Shown here piece after piece: positions 26,450-40,599 of a stretch of DNA of 64,000 nt (position 1 is its first letter; every line of letters starts with the position of its first letter). Below the pieces are notes generated by a model. It was given only the letters and a program-made list of their open reading frames with translations, made no database searches and was not told the DNA's origin. This DNA is from Octopus vulgaris (Eukaryota), in contig OX597821.1 of the NCBI GenBank assembly GCA_951406725.2, forward strand, positions 72,230,001-72,294,000, written 5' to 3'. A program made the position numbers and the translations under genes.

Positions 26450-27376
26450 ATGGATCAAATGGCGAATACTGAGAATTCTTTACAGGTGGAAATTGCTGAT
26501 AATCAACAAACTAATGAAACTCCGATTAATGATTTACCTGAAAGCTCCAATGGAAATGCGCCACGAAAAACAGACTGGATTTTCAGCGAAGAACAAATTG
26601 TTGAGATTTTCAAGCGAAAATATCAACCTGATAACTTTACCTATGAAAACGAATTACTTTATCGTCAGAAAACAGGTATGTTTATGTTATACATTAACCG
26701 ACGATTGATGTTAAGCGAATATATACTAAACATTGCCGTAGTTTATATGCACCGATTCTATATGTATAACTCCTTCCACCAGTTTAGTTATAAACTCATG
26801 GGACCCGTGTGTTTGTTTTTCGCTGCTAAATTCGATGATAAATTGCTTGCTGTTGAGCAAGTGATTGTCGAAAGTCAAACATATTTCCAACAATATCTAC
26901 ATTTAGAAAAAAACAAAACTACCATTAATCGGATAGCCAATGACTTTTTCCTTTATGAAGAAGCCCTTTTAGTTTGTTTAAACTTCGATTTTCGCATTAC
27001 TCTACCCCAATCTCATATTATCAAAGTATGTAACATAATCAAACTCGAAGATAAATTAGTGAAAATAATTAACCAGTTTGCTACATGCTGTCTGATTTTA
27101 ACGAAGTTCTCTCTCAAATATACAGCAAAAATTATCGCATCTATATGTATACATTTGTTTATTGAATGGGGTAACTGGAAGATTCCGTTGTCTTCCCAAC
27201 ATAATCCATGGCATTTTTATATGGACACTTCTCTCAATGAACAATTATTGGATGAATTAGTGGTTGATTTCCTTGAGGTACTTCACAACACAGACAAAGA
27301 TTTCAAGAAACAGTTTCCCTTTTTAAACAAATCCGTGTCGCCAAGTAACACGGACAAGGCGCTGAAAACTGACTAA
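26450..27376 (+). CDS. Intronless cyclin T-like protein, 308 aa; copy 2
   Basis: Same motifs as copy 1; differs from copy 1 at N44I, I199L, T228I and T300N. Confidence 0.93.
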   Translation: MDQMANTENSLQVEIADNQQTNETPINDLPESSNGNAPRKTDWIFSEEQIVEIFKRKYQPDNFTYENELLYRQKTGMFMLYINRRLMLSEYILNIAVVYMHRFYMYNSFHQFSYKLMGPVCLFFAAKFDDKLLAVEQVIVESQTYFQQYLHLEKNKTTINRIANDFFLYEEALLVCLNFDFRITLPQSHIIKVCNIIKLEDKLVKIINQFATCCLILTKFSLKYTAKIIASICIHLFIEWGNWKIPLSSQHNPWHFYMDTSLNEQLLDELVVDFLEVLHNTDKDFKKQFPFLNKSVSPSNTDKALKTD

Positions 27377-30300
27377 CATATTTCTACACTCTATAGAAAT
27401 TACACAGAAAACCTAACAAATGATAATAGTGAGCGAAGTCCATACTCTTTCCTACATAGTAAAGTAAGAATTGAACTTATTCTCTATGGCTGTGCATATG
27501 TAACACAACCTGCTGCTACATTCAGGTGTGTTTTAATGTATATAAAATGTAAATAGACATCAATTTCTCACTGTTCTTTATTGCGACAGTTCACATGTAT
27601 TTTATTCATATTAATTTTACACAGTTGAACATGGAAACATTTCTCTTTAATTCGCAATGTTCTACACTCACATTCCTCTACATACAAACACTATATCATC
27701 TCGATCGACGTCTCATTCATTTTTATTATATTTCATCTATTTTTATACGACTCTTAATTTGCTAATTATTTCCATTTAAATCTTCTGGCTTGTGTCCAAA
27801 AAACAAACTCTTTCATATGATAATTCTATTTCTTTTTACTCCTGTTTTTTTCATAATTTTTTCTATATTTGTAATTATCGTGAGTTTTTTACTTTTGTTT
27901 TTAACCATTCAGATTTACAACTAACGTTTCATTACATTTAATTTGTCATAAACTTTTGTATTATAGAATAAATAATTTTTTTTTAAATTTCAAAATCTTT
28001 TTTCTCCTTATTTATTTCATTAATTTCTATTCTTTATTCATAAGTCTTCGTTATTATACAAGTATCAAGGTGATAAGCGCGAATTAATTTTCAGTTATTT
28101 TTAAGTAAATAGAAATATAAACAAGTGAATGTTTAGAGTAATCGATATAGTACAGTTGATGTTGTCTCTACTTTCGGAAATTTAAAGTACACGTAAAATG
28201 AATTTTGTTGATTCAAAATTGTGCCGCGTGCTGTCTTAACTCAGATATGAATTAAAGATTTGTAATCAGATAAAAATCTGTTTAAACATGTAACTTTTTT
28301 TTCTGCTGCAGAATATTTGTAGCTGTTAAAATCTCGTTATCATTGATGTATTCACTTTTATATATATTTCTAATAGTTATGTTATCAGGTATCAAAATAT
28401 TTCGCCACGTGGCCAATAACATTTCACAAGATTTAGTCAGATTAATTACTGACCAATTCTTATAGACTGGGATACAGGTGTCTTCGCTTTATTCTCCAAA
28501 CGTTTTCTGTCTGTCTCATGCTTTCCCAAATTCTTCTGATACAACAAGAGGTATATCAGAAATGACTTATAAACCCCCAAGAAATTGTGACATTTATAAT
28601 TTAAACATCTGCAGTGCTGGGTGTGTATGCTTGTGTATATGTGTAGGAATAGTAGACGAGTCCAAAAATAATAACAAGGCGGAGAGCTGGCAGAAACGTT
28701 AGCACGCCGGGCGAAATGCTTAGCGGTATTTCGTCTGCCGTTACGTTCCGGGTTCAAATTCCGCCGCGGTCGACTTTGCCTTTTATCCTTTCGTGGGTCG
28801 ATAAATTAAGGAACAGTTACGCATTAGGGTCGATATAATCGACTTAATCCGTTTGTCTGTCCTCTCTATGTTTAGCCCCTTGTGGGTAGTAAAGAAATAG
28901 GTTATGGGTAATAATAGACTAAATGGTGAGTGTAAGGGTAACAACTCTGAAAGTATGTGTTTCCTATGAAGGGACATAACCCACAAATATCTCGCCTGGC
29001 AGCGAATTCATTTACATTGGTCTCCATTTCAAATCCAACGCCACCCTCCCCATCACCAATACTATAAACACGACTAGAAACAGTTGACTGTTTTTATTTA
29101 TTTGTTGCTTTTTTTATCTATTTCTTTTGACTTTTAGTTTGAAGCCTGGACTGCACTGAAACAAAATGGCGAGTGTTAAGAAGTTTTGCACTGTACCATA
29201 ACAGCTCAGAGTTGATGAAATGTTTTGGAATGATTCTGTTGAGTAGCCCAACTTCCTTACCAATTCTCGATGGAGTTCAATGTAGTGCTTTAAGATCAAC
29301 TTGATTTCAGATGAAATTCCCAGAGATGGAGCGGAAATCCTTCGAACGGACTGTATTTGTGATTGGATGGAACACTAAACTCTTCTCTCAGATTTAACCC
29401 CAATCCTTGACCCCTGACCTTCAAATATTTTTGCCAGAGTTGAGTGCACACTGTTGAATTAGTCTGAGGTCAAACTATACATCGTGACTTTCACCGCAGG
29501 ACTCTCCAAAGCCCTGAAAAGGGATCAATGATGCTACTCTTTTTCGTTAAAAGCTATAACATAACAAGTTATAACATAACAATTGTATTTTAACTGATGT
29601 CAACTTGATTTTCCATTCCATTGGTGCCATGGACTATAGTTCTGTTGGTTATACATTGTCCTAACCAAGACCTGATTTCTGTGTTATCAAAATTGTTTTC
29701 AGCATCACGGGGTGTCGGTGTGATGCAAAAGATGGGCAAGGAACAAATTGCTTTTTGTTGTGTGGTTTTATAATTTTATTTTTAAAAAGATACACCCAGT
29801 TATGTTGTAAGAGGTAAATATAAAGGTGGGCATATCGGGCAGAGTATCTGACATGAAAAAAGGCCCCTGACCACCCCACCCCACCATCCAAAGACAAACA
29901 GTAACAACACTAACAACGGTAATATTTTGCAAAGAAAGCTTTAACTTTCTAAGGAATACTTTAACAGGAATAATTCTTTTCTTTTTTTTTTAATATCACA
30001 ACAAGAGATATTCAGCAACAGTGCTTTGTAGCAATGTATAGACCAGTGACTAGTTGTCCCTTTGAAAACTATATATTCCAAACAGGAATTTGGCAGCACC
30101 ACCTCTAGCCAAACAATTATTCTGTGCTGATGAAGAGAAATAACCGAGAAATCATGATACACAGATATTATTTTTAGCTGAGTTGGGGTGCTAGATTCCC
30201 TTGTTCGAAAATATAAGGACACAGATTGTGTCGTATAGCCAGCTGGAGACGATGTCTCCTGGGACTAAATTGCAGCAACATTCATCCTAAACCAGGACTC

Positions 30301-33300
30301 CATAATTATTATTATTATTATTTGACAGAATTGTTATGTTGGTAAACACTCTTTACTACATGAAAATACATCTGTTCAAAAGCTACTAAATAATAAATTT
30401 TGAAACAAGAAAGCTCAAACTGCCGTAATTAATGAAGTTATGAGAAGTCAAAACTGAAATTTATGGTGCATCCATCAGTGAGAGAACTTCAAAACATGCT
30501 GGCATTTCATTTGGTTTATTAGTCTAGCCTTTAAGGGCAGCGAAATGAGAGAATGGTGCATTAAAGACTGCCTGGAAATATTTTAGTCATGTCCTGTCTT
30601 TACATTTAGAATTCAAACACAAAGTTGCTTTTCGTCTCTCTATGGAGAATATTCTAGTGACCAGAATTATTAGTGAAAAACTCTGGAATGAATTTGACCA
30701 TTCCTAAAATGTGAAGCTTTGTGCTAAAGACAGAAAATATGACAGAGCTATGGAGAAGAAGGCTGGACTGAGCAGCAACAATTAAATACCATACACCAAT
30801 TGCTCAAAGTGTCACAGTGTGGCTGAGTAGACCTTGGACAAGTGTCTTCTGGTATAGCCTTAGGCTGACTGAAGCCTTGATTAAAATTGCTAGGCAGAAA
30901 TTCCTGTTGTGTGTGTGTGTACGTGCTTGACTTTTGTTCAATGGAAGGAAACATCCAACTGAAAAGAACGGTTATTCACTCAACCAAAATTATATGTGCC
31001 AAGAAGATGCTCAATATTTCCAAATTGAAAATAAAATTTTAAAAATGAAAACAGAATTTTGTTTGTCTTTATGTCATTTTAACATATTGCCCATTTTTTT
31101 TTTTGTATTTTATTACAGATTATTGAAGTGGTTAAATTAGAACAAATAGCAGATTCATCAAAACAAAATATTACATAAACCTCAGACATCCCAAGATGAA
31201 TGAGGAGGTCATTTTGAAGAAAAATATTTATTTTTCTTTATTCCATTCACACAAATAAAAAAGAAATAAATATTTCCATAATTTTTAGAAAAAAACATTT
31301 TTCTTTTAAATTTGTTCAAGTCATTTCAGCTTTACTAATTTCAAAAAAAAAATTTTTTTGTATTTATAAAAGAAAGAAATTAATGAAATCAAATGAAAAC
31401 CTTCAATCCCCAAAAATGATGTGTGGCTGACTTCCTCCACTCCTTTTTCATAAAAATCATAAATTCTGAGCCATCATAAATCCGTCCCAAAAGTGCAGCA
31501 GTGAACACCAAAGTACTTGTTTATTTTTTGCTTATTCAAGAGATATTGAGAATTTTTGAGGATTTTGTTTAATTTTATTAATCTGTGGTCACAAAATAAA
31601 GTGTCGTTCTACCAAGGTGGTCCCTCAAGTCAGGCAAACAAAATGTACAACTAAACATGTTAAACAAAACCACTACGAGACAATATTTCACATTGAATAA
31701 CACAAAACCCACATTTTTTTTTCTTTGTCTTCTTCCGATTGAAAAGTAAAAACCATAATTAATAAGAACTTAACGAAACAAGAAAGAATGGTTAATAGTT
31801 CCATGCTGATTGAAGTGGAATTGGTCGTTATGTTATGGAGCAGATATTTTAGGGGTGTCCTTTCATTAGCAATTAAGGGGGTGGAGACTCTTTCTCTCTA
31901 AAACCCTCTCACAGTTCTGGCATTGTGTGCTTGAGTAGAAAGTGTTATTCATCACAAAATTAATGAAAATTTTAGAAATAAAATAAATAAACTCACATCA
32001 TAATATAGTTAATGACACAAATCCTGATACCCAGCTGCTAAAGTGTATCCTAATCATTGCAGACCTATCCAACCTACATCAACAAACAATTATAGACAGA
32101 TTCTTTTCACACAGAAAATGGCAAAAAAATGCAGACATGATTTGATATTAGACAGGAATAACAAACGTCATCAACTGACAAAATATAATTCACAAACGAG
32201 AATGGTTAAATGGTTTTACAGTCTCCAAAAGTTCATCGCTTTTCAACATCAAATCAAAAATCAAAATGATTTTTTCATTATCCTTGTTTTATAATTCAGT
32301 TGTGATAAATTCTGACAAAGAATGGCAAATCAAAGACCTCCAAATGAAGATCTTTTTTTAAGGTTCCAAGAAAATAATCCAATCCTTCTGAAATATTCCG
32401 AAATATCTCTTGGTATAATTCACATTAAAACTGATTCCATAGAAAACATTTTTTATCACATTTTCATTTCCCCACCTCCACCTCCTCTTCACATCCAAGT
32501 TTGTTCCACTTCCAGTTATAGAAATTACAGCTTTCTTTCAAAACAAAAGCTGCCTTCTGTCATTTTTTTTTGGCCTTTTTAATTTAATTTTTTTTTTAAA
32601 TATCATACAGACAGGTAAAAAGATGGAAAATGAGCTGAAAGATGACAGAAAGATAGTGAAATGTTGGACACAATGAATTGGTTCTTCTCTCAAAATAAAA
32701 TTCAAAGACATAAAAATGGAAGTTGTCCTCCAAGCTGGATTCAAGCCAATATTCTGAAGAGGAACATGCCCGGCCTCATCATATAACAATCAATATCTAA
32801 TGCTGTTGCTATTTCATTTTCTGTATTTACCTATCACAGGTGTGACTAGAAAACTTGTTCTCGTTAAATATTCAAATTATCATTTAAACAGACTCTCATT
32901 GTTATCAATACAATATTTAATAATGAAGCTTCTACCATTATAATTTATAGTAATAATTGTCTGCTAGAGGCACAAGGCCTGAAATTAGGGTGGACTGGGG
33001 AGGGGGGGTAGTTGTTTACATCACCACCCCATGCTCAACTGGTACATATTTTAGTGACTGCAGGTAGGGATAAAAGGTAAAGTTGAGCTCAGTAACATTT
33101 GAACACAGAGTTTGAAAGCCAGAGAGAATGCTGCTAAGCTCTATTGTTTCCAGCATTCCAACTATTCTGTCAGTTCACGCCACCCCTTATAATTTATAGA
33201 ATAATGGGATTCTTGCTACAATTTACAAACAGAGATGCTTCAACAGAATGAATTTTCTTTTTAAAAGAAGAGAAACTGTTGTCAACCAAGGCTTTGAAAT

Positions 33301-35578
33301 AATTTCAATTTATCCAAGCTATATCTCACAAGTATTCTCAAAGATGGAACGATGGTAAAATGGCCTCCCTAGACTTTAAAGATTGAGAAAGTAGAGCAAA
33401 GCCCAGTTCACTTTCAGCACACACACACACACATGTAAATGGGTGCATGCTCACACAATACAATGCTCAGCATTTAAACAGGCCATACCAGGCTCAAATA
33501 TTCCACTTGTTTTCCTGTTCAAATTGGCCAGATCCAGCCTCTCACGTCTATCCTACAATGCCGTTCTAAAAATAAACAATCACATCATCGAAATCTAAAA
33601 GCTAAGAGATAATGCAGGATTAATTCAAAACAATATGAACTGATAAACATTACATTTGACAGTGGAATCTGAAATGCTAAAGGGTTTATCATAAATTCAG
33701 TGAACAGAGATTTCTTTAGGGTTCATAGATTGGTACCGTTTCAGACACATTTGAGAGAGAAAGAGTAAATAAATAATTAGGAATAAACAATACTTGTGAC
33801 AATGAGAAAAGAGATTTGGTCAGTGTTACATCGTTAACAGACATTCGTTAGAGCAGTCTAACATCAATGCTCACTCACCTTAGTGCACGAGTGCCGAGTT
33901 TTCCCTCAACATATTGGTGACAAACAACTAGAGAATGCTTCTATGCTTTTTAATAATTCTTTAATTAAACAGGTTGAAGGAGTAATGCAAAAATTTCTTC
34001 AATTTTTTTCTTTCAATCTGCCATGTCTGATTAGAACCACTCAGTTTCACTTGATGGATTTTCACATTTCTTGCAATTAACTTCTAATCTTTCAAAAGCT
34101 GACCAGATTTAGGAGCAAAGATAAGAAAATAAAACCTATATTCCAATGAATATCAATAGTTTTAGTAAAACGTTAAGGATTTCTTTTTTCTTGTTAGTCT
34201 TTTGTCTAATTTTTTTTATACTTTCTCTAGTTATTTTTTTTATTTATTTATGGCAACTTTTAGCCTTTCAAGGAAGAAATTCAGTTTTGCACACAATAAA
34301 AGGGACTGTTAGCTTTTCATGGAATGAAATAAAAATATTTTATTATAACATAACAAAAAGAAAAAAAAGAAACACATTGTTATGGAAGAAAAAAAAACAT
34401 GGAAAGAAATTTAGCTTAAGTTCACACACACACACACACTCTGTAAATGCATACATACACACATATATATATAGATATGTACATATGTGATTACATACAC
34501 ACACACACGCGCATACATAGCCACACATATATACATGGAAACATTGAGATGACATAACTTTTCAAGAAAATTGAAAAGGCTATTAACAAAGTGTAATAAT
34601 AATAATAATAATAATAGCTTTAACATATAAAAATGAGATTGTTGAAATCTAGATCCCACACAGAAATAAATTATTAAAAAAACCACAATTGTCTTATAGT
34701 GAAGGAGAAAATCAATGTTTCTGTAACAGCAAAAAAAGCAACCTAAGAAAAGAAAAATAAAACAACTAATATTGGCAGAAAGCCAAAAAGTTTGGGGGGG
34801 GAGGCAGGGTCAATTAGATTGATCCCAAAAAACATAACTGGTATTTTTATTTCTATTGACTCGAGAGAGACAAAAGTGAAAGATGACCCTTGAGGAGGGG
34901 ACACAAAATATAAACTAAATACCACAAGGCATCCCATCATAATAATCCTTTCTATAATAGGTACAAGGCCTGAAAATTTGCAGGAAGGGGGATAGTCAAT
35001 TACATCGACCGCAGTGCATGACTGGTACTTATTTCATCAATTCTGAAAGGATTAAAAGTAAAATCAAACTTGACAGAATTTGAATGCCACTAAGCATTTT
35101 GTCCAATAACGATTCTGACAGCTCACCACCTTATTAATGGTTCCTAAGACAGGCACAAGGCTAGAGATTTATGAAAAGGGAGTTCATTGATTAAATCCTT
35201 GCCCTCAGTACTCGACCGTTTCATAATATTATAAAAGCCTGGAATGGTGAAAGGCAAAGTTAACACTTGGAGAAAAGTAAGAGGTCAGAACAACAACTGC
35301 AAGACATTTGGCCCATTGCTCTGTTGATTCTACCAATCTGCCACCAGAAATTTGGTAGGAGCAAACTGTCATTTATATCATCTAACCCAGCGTATGACTG
35401 GTATGTTAGTTTATCAGCTCCAGAAGAATAACACAAAGCTTACCATAGCAACACTTGAACTCCGAATCAGAGCCAGAACGAATACTGCAAAGCAATTGTC
35501 CAACAATTCTGATAATCAACCAGTTAAGAAGAAGAAGAAGATCCCTAACTTTACCACAAGGACCAACAATTTGCAAGA

Positions 35579-36058
35579 CAGACAGACATGCACATACACA
35601 CACACATACATACATACACACACATACTTACATACATACATACATACATACAAACATGCGCACACACATATATATACATACATACACACGCACACACACA
35701 TATACATACATACATACACACACACTCACATACATACATACATACATAAACACATACATACATACATACATACATACATACACACACACATACATACATA
35801 CATACATACATACAAACAAACGCGCACACACATACATACATACATAAATACATACAAGCACACGCACACACTCACATACATACATACGCACACACTCACA
35901 GATACATACATACAAGCACACACGCACGCACACATACATACATACATACAAGCACACATACATACATACACCAACACACACATACATACATACATACATA
36001 CATACACACGCATACATATACAAACATACATACATACACACATACACATACACATATA
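35579..36058. repeat. Compound (CATA)n/(CA)n microsatellite starting at a rearrangement junction
   Basis: Direct reading; about half the length of its paralogues. Confidence 0.95.
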
Positions 36059-37001
36059 GATGCCTTTGAGGATCCAAGACAGATCACTCTAAACAACATT
36101 GCATGGGACACAAATAAGCATTTTATAGAATGGCGTAAAATGGTGTGGAATTACATGACGCGATTTCTTTATTTCAAAAAACACATTTTTAAAGAAAGTC
36201 TACATTTCTAAAGTATGTTTTGAAACCTTTATTTTAATTACTTTTTTTCTTAAAATAAGGTAAAATACGACCAAATAAACAGCGAAGGGCAGGTAACAAA
36301 TAACAGATAATTACCATCTGCATGAGTTATTTCCCTTGAATCGCTACCCGCTCACAAACGTGTGTAAGCTCACAGGATCGCATCGTGTACCTCTGCATGT
36401 GTGTGTGTGTGTGTGTGTGTGTGTGCCTGTGTCTCACTGATGCAGGATGACTTTAAGATGTGTAATTTTCCTAAATAATTTCATTTTAAATTTCATGCTT
36501 CAGCATTACAGAAAAATAATCCTTTTCCCCGAATTTCTTCACAACGTGACGCGTGTTTACAATGGAAACATTACTAAAAGTCACATATTATTGTTAATAC
36601 TAAAAGTAACGAGAGTTGGTGAGTTTGAAAACACATGATGATAGAAAAATGTGCTGAATGTAATTTATATTTTCTGATTCAGACCTAGAAGCCATCAAGT
36701 CCTTTATCTTGGCAAATAAGATCACAACATTTGCCCTGAACGAGTCACCGGTTTGTGGCAGGGTTGAGGGCCAGCAGCGATTTTGAGGAGACAAGAGACA
36801 AAGCGACTACATCATTGGAAAGTAATTCTCTGGTATTTTATTCATCACAAAATGGTAAAAATCAAACCAGACCGGACGGGACATTCAGCTCAGAAGATAA
36901 TGTGCCGGAATATAAGGCCGTTCAGCATTTTGTCCGACGTGCTAACGATGCTTCTAGCACGTCGCCTCACGTAAGTACAATGCGATTTACCAAGTTTTTC
37001 C

Positions 37002-37038
<37 letters not shown>

Positions 37039-39400
37039 AGAATCTTTAATATGCCGGACTAAGTGCATAGCGGTATTTTGTCTGACGTTACGTTCTGAGT
37101 TCAAATTCCGCCGAGGTCGACTTTGCCTTTCATCCTCTCAGCGTCGATAAATTAAGGACCAGTTACGCACTGGGTCGATGTAATCGACTTAATCCGTTTG
37201 TCTGTCCTTGTTTGTCCCCTCTGTGTTTAGTCCCATGTGGGTAGTAAAGAAATAGGTATTTCGTCTGCCGCTACGTTCTCAGTTCAAATTCCCCCGAGGT
37301 CGACTTTTCCGTTCATCCTTTCGGAGTCGATGAAGTACTAGTTACATACTGGGGTCGATGTGATCGAATGCCTCCCCCCTCCCCAATAATTTCTGGCCTT
37401 GTGCCTATTGAGTAAAGGATTATTATTGTAATTATTATTTTGGTTTTGGCTCACGTTCGGTCATATTCCTGACAGGAATTATGTGGTTAGCGGGTTACTA
37501 CCTCTAACCTTAGGGATACACAAGTTTTCATCAATCTTCCAAGTGCTTAGAAACCTCATGACAATCCTTCCTGTCCATAAGAGACAAACTTTCGTAAGAG
37601 CACTACAGGGCTTTCTCCTCCAGATGAACAATCGAAAGAGTATCAAGCGAAATGGACGCTGGCATATAGTTATGTTCTGCGTTCAAATACGTCAAGGCCC
37701 ATATTTGCCGTTCATCCTTGTAATCCTGAGAAGCATAAATACTAGGGCTGTTTTACTAGAAATTATCATTAATATTAATTAGAGCAACAGAATACAATAA
37801 AAGCCCTTCGTGGACATCACAAGACAATCGCCCTCGATTGAGCCTTATGTGCTATTTTCTACACATAACAAATAGAAAACCAAACAAGACCAGTCAGACA
37901 CCAGACATCACACAATATTTCGTCTAAATTTCCATTGTCATCTAAACAGGCAATAGCCAATCGTCCCTCAGCAGCTCAAAGCCTCCCGTCTTACAAATAA
38001 AACCAGACATTGTATAGTCCACTCCCAGCTGCATTCTGCTAGGTCGTCGTACCTGGAAAGCCTTTGGCCATTCAACAACTACATCAGAGTATCCTGACGC
38101 TTCGCAACGACACATTCGATAATACAGTTTCCATTTGCAACATACTTTTTATGGATCTTTTCACTCACAATTTTCATTTCGTTTAATTTTCGTCCAATTC
38201 ATTGCAATTTCTGTGTATTGATGTACGTTTTCTATGCTAATTATAGAAACAAAATTCCTTTTCGCCATAAAATAATAAATATAATGTTAATAGCATTTAA
38301 AATTTGTAAATTTTTGAGTAATTTTAGCCAATCGAAAACCACAAACACATCGGTGCTAGTTTCCATGGTAACAAGTCGAGGTAGTGTCTGCTTTCCAAAC
38401 ACGTCTACTTTACACGTCTGTTGTTGTCCTGTCACCACCTCACTCACCATTTGGCCTTTTTATATTCTTTATATGCCTCTTACAACATTTCGCATGATTT
38501 CATTCATTAAAATTTATTAATGACACGTAGGGAGACGGTCTCACATAAATCTGTAGAGATTATATTCAAAAGTAAAACTTATTAAAACTTCTGTCGACGT
38601 CGTCGTAATGTTTTGTCTAACGTTGTCATGTTGCTATGCACAGCTATCACGCGAAAATGCCGGCTTTTCAAATCCTACTTCATTATTCGATGAAAATAAT
38701 CAACCTTTAAGCCTCTATAACATGCTTCTCAAATTTTTCTGCAACAATTGAATAACAACACCAACACCAAATTCAGTGTGAGAAAATTCATTAATATACC
38801 AAGTTTGAAAATTTTCAGACAATTTTAAAATATCAGTAACTGTGAATCACACAGAAAAGATGCATTTTTATAAGTTCTCCTGGTTCTTTTTCACAATAAA
38901 AGTGATTTTCATTAAAAGCGATTCATCACATGCGTAGCTGTGAGTCTTTCTCTGTGTGTTTGTGTGCAAAGTCGTGGTTAAGTCGTTTACATAAACAACT
39001 TTTTTATAGTTGTTTATTTATGTTGGAAAAGCAAACAGAGATCAACGATATGTATTTTTGTTTGTATGAAGCAAAATACGAAGCAGATATATTTTAAGTT
39101 ATTTTTATTTTTATACTTAAACGGCAAATCCCCATATGTTATGCGTGACAAAGTAATGTTAAACGTTTAAATAGAAAAATTTAGCAGTTAATTGTCGATA
39201 TTCAGAAAAAGGTTTAATATACATGTTAAAATACAAATATAACAAAATTAATGAAAGTATAAATTTAAAATATTTTATAAATCTGTTCTGCTTTTGCTAA
39301 TATAGATGTGGTGAGCTTCAATTTATAAATTTCTCTCTTCTATGAATTCAATTAAAAGACTATTTTACTTGGAGGAGAGTTTACACTCCATCGGCGTTTA

Positions 39401-39513
39401 TGACGCATCTTTAATTAGGCTAGATTCCCGGGATCCACTTCCGCTCGCCCCTTTCGGCAGGCGACACCTGTTGGGGTATATATAAGAAAGAGGGTCCGTG
39501 ACAGGGGACAGTG
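39401..39513 (+). promoter_or_regulatory. Core promoter of cyclin T-like copy 3 (TATA plus Inr)
   Basis: TATATATAAG at 39477-39486; CAGT with A at 39510; the leader is 9 nt longer than in copies 1 and 2. Confidence 0.75.
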
Positions 39514-39672
39514 AAGTTTTTCCTCCCGCTGCTACCGCTTCGCCAACACACACTGACCACGAAAGCAATTTTTCCAACCGAATTCTCCAAGAAAATACTG
39601 ATTTCAGACACCAAACAGCCGAAACTTTATCGATTAACTGAAAAAGAGATAAAGAACGAGATTTATTTTTAA

Positions 39673-40599
39673 ATGGATCAAATGGCGAATACTGAGAATT
39701 CCTTACAGGTGGAAATTGCTGATTATCAACAAACTAATGAAACTCCGATTAATGATTTACCTGAAAGCTCCAATGGAAATGCGCCACGAAAAACAGACTG
39801 GATTTTCAGCGAAGAACAAATTGTTGAGATTTCCAAGCGAAAATATCAACATGATAACTTTACCTATGAAAACGAATTACTTTATCGTCAGAAAACAGGT
39901 ATGTTTATGTTATACATTAACCGACGATTGATGTTAAGCGAATATATACTAAACATTGCCGTAGTTTATATGCACCGATTCTATATGTATAACTCCTTCC
40001 ACCAGTTTAGTTATAAACTCATGGGACCCGTGTGTTTGTTTTTCGCTGCTAAATTCGATGATAAATTGCTTGCTGTTGAGCAAGTGATTGTCGAAAGTCA
40101 AACATATTTCCAACAATATCTACATTTAGAAAAAAACAAAACTACCATTAATCGGATAGCCAATGACTTTTTCCTTTATGAAGAAGCCCTTTTAGTTTGT
40201 TTAAACTTCGATTTGCGCATTACTCTACCCCAATCTCATATTATCAAAGTATGTAACATAATCAAACTTGAAGATAAATTAGTGAAAATAATTAACCAGT
40301 TTGCTACATGCTGTCTGATTTTAACGAAGTTCTCTCTCAAATATACAGCAAAAACTATCGCATCTATCTGTATACATTTGTTTATTGAATGGGGTAACTG
40401 GAAGATTCCGTTGTCTTCCCAACAAAATCCATGGCATTTTTATATGGACACTTCTCTCAATGAACAATTATTGGATGAATTAGTGGTTGATTTCCTTGAG
40501 GTACTTCACAACACAGACACAAACTTCAAGAAACAGTTTCCCTTTTTAAACAAATCCGTGTCGCCAAGTAACACGGACAACGCGCTGAAAACTGACTAA
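39673..40599 (+). CDS. Intronless cyclin T-like protein, 308 aa; copy 3
   Basis: Same motifs; differs from copy 1 at N18Y, N44I, F54S, P60H, F181L, I199L, H251Q, K283T, D284N, T300N and K303N. Confidence 0.93.
   Translation: MDQMANTENSLQVEIADYQQTNETPINDLPESSNGNAPRKTDWIFSEEQIVEISKRKYQHDNFTYENELLYRQKTGMFMLYINRRLMLSEYILNIAVVYMHRFYMYNSFHQFSYKLMGPVCLFFAAKFDDKLLAVEQVIVESQTYFQQYLHLEKNKTTINRIANDFFLYEEALLVCLNFDLRITLPQSHIIKVCNIIKLEDKLVKIINQFATCCLILTKFSLKYTAKTIASICIHLFIEWGNWKIPLSSQQNPWHFYMDTSLNEQLLDELVVDFLEVLHNTDTNFKKQFPFLNKSVSPSNTDNALKTD

Noticed and set aside
1-35578. The array as a pure assembly artefact
   Set aside because: Copies differ by many substitutions, indels, microsatellite lengths and distinct junctions, and there are more than two versions. 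The exact copy number still needs read-depth confirmation.
35352-36059. 235-aa ORF that looks like a novel fusion gene
   Set aside because: Decayed-SINE sequence with a TTG start run into a microsatellite by the 35578 junction; no coding signal.
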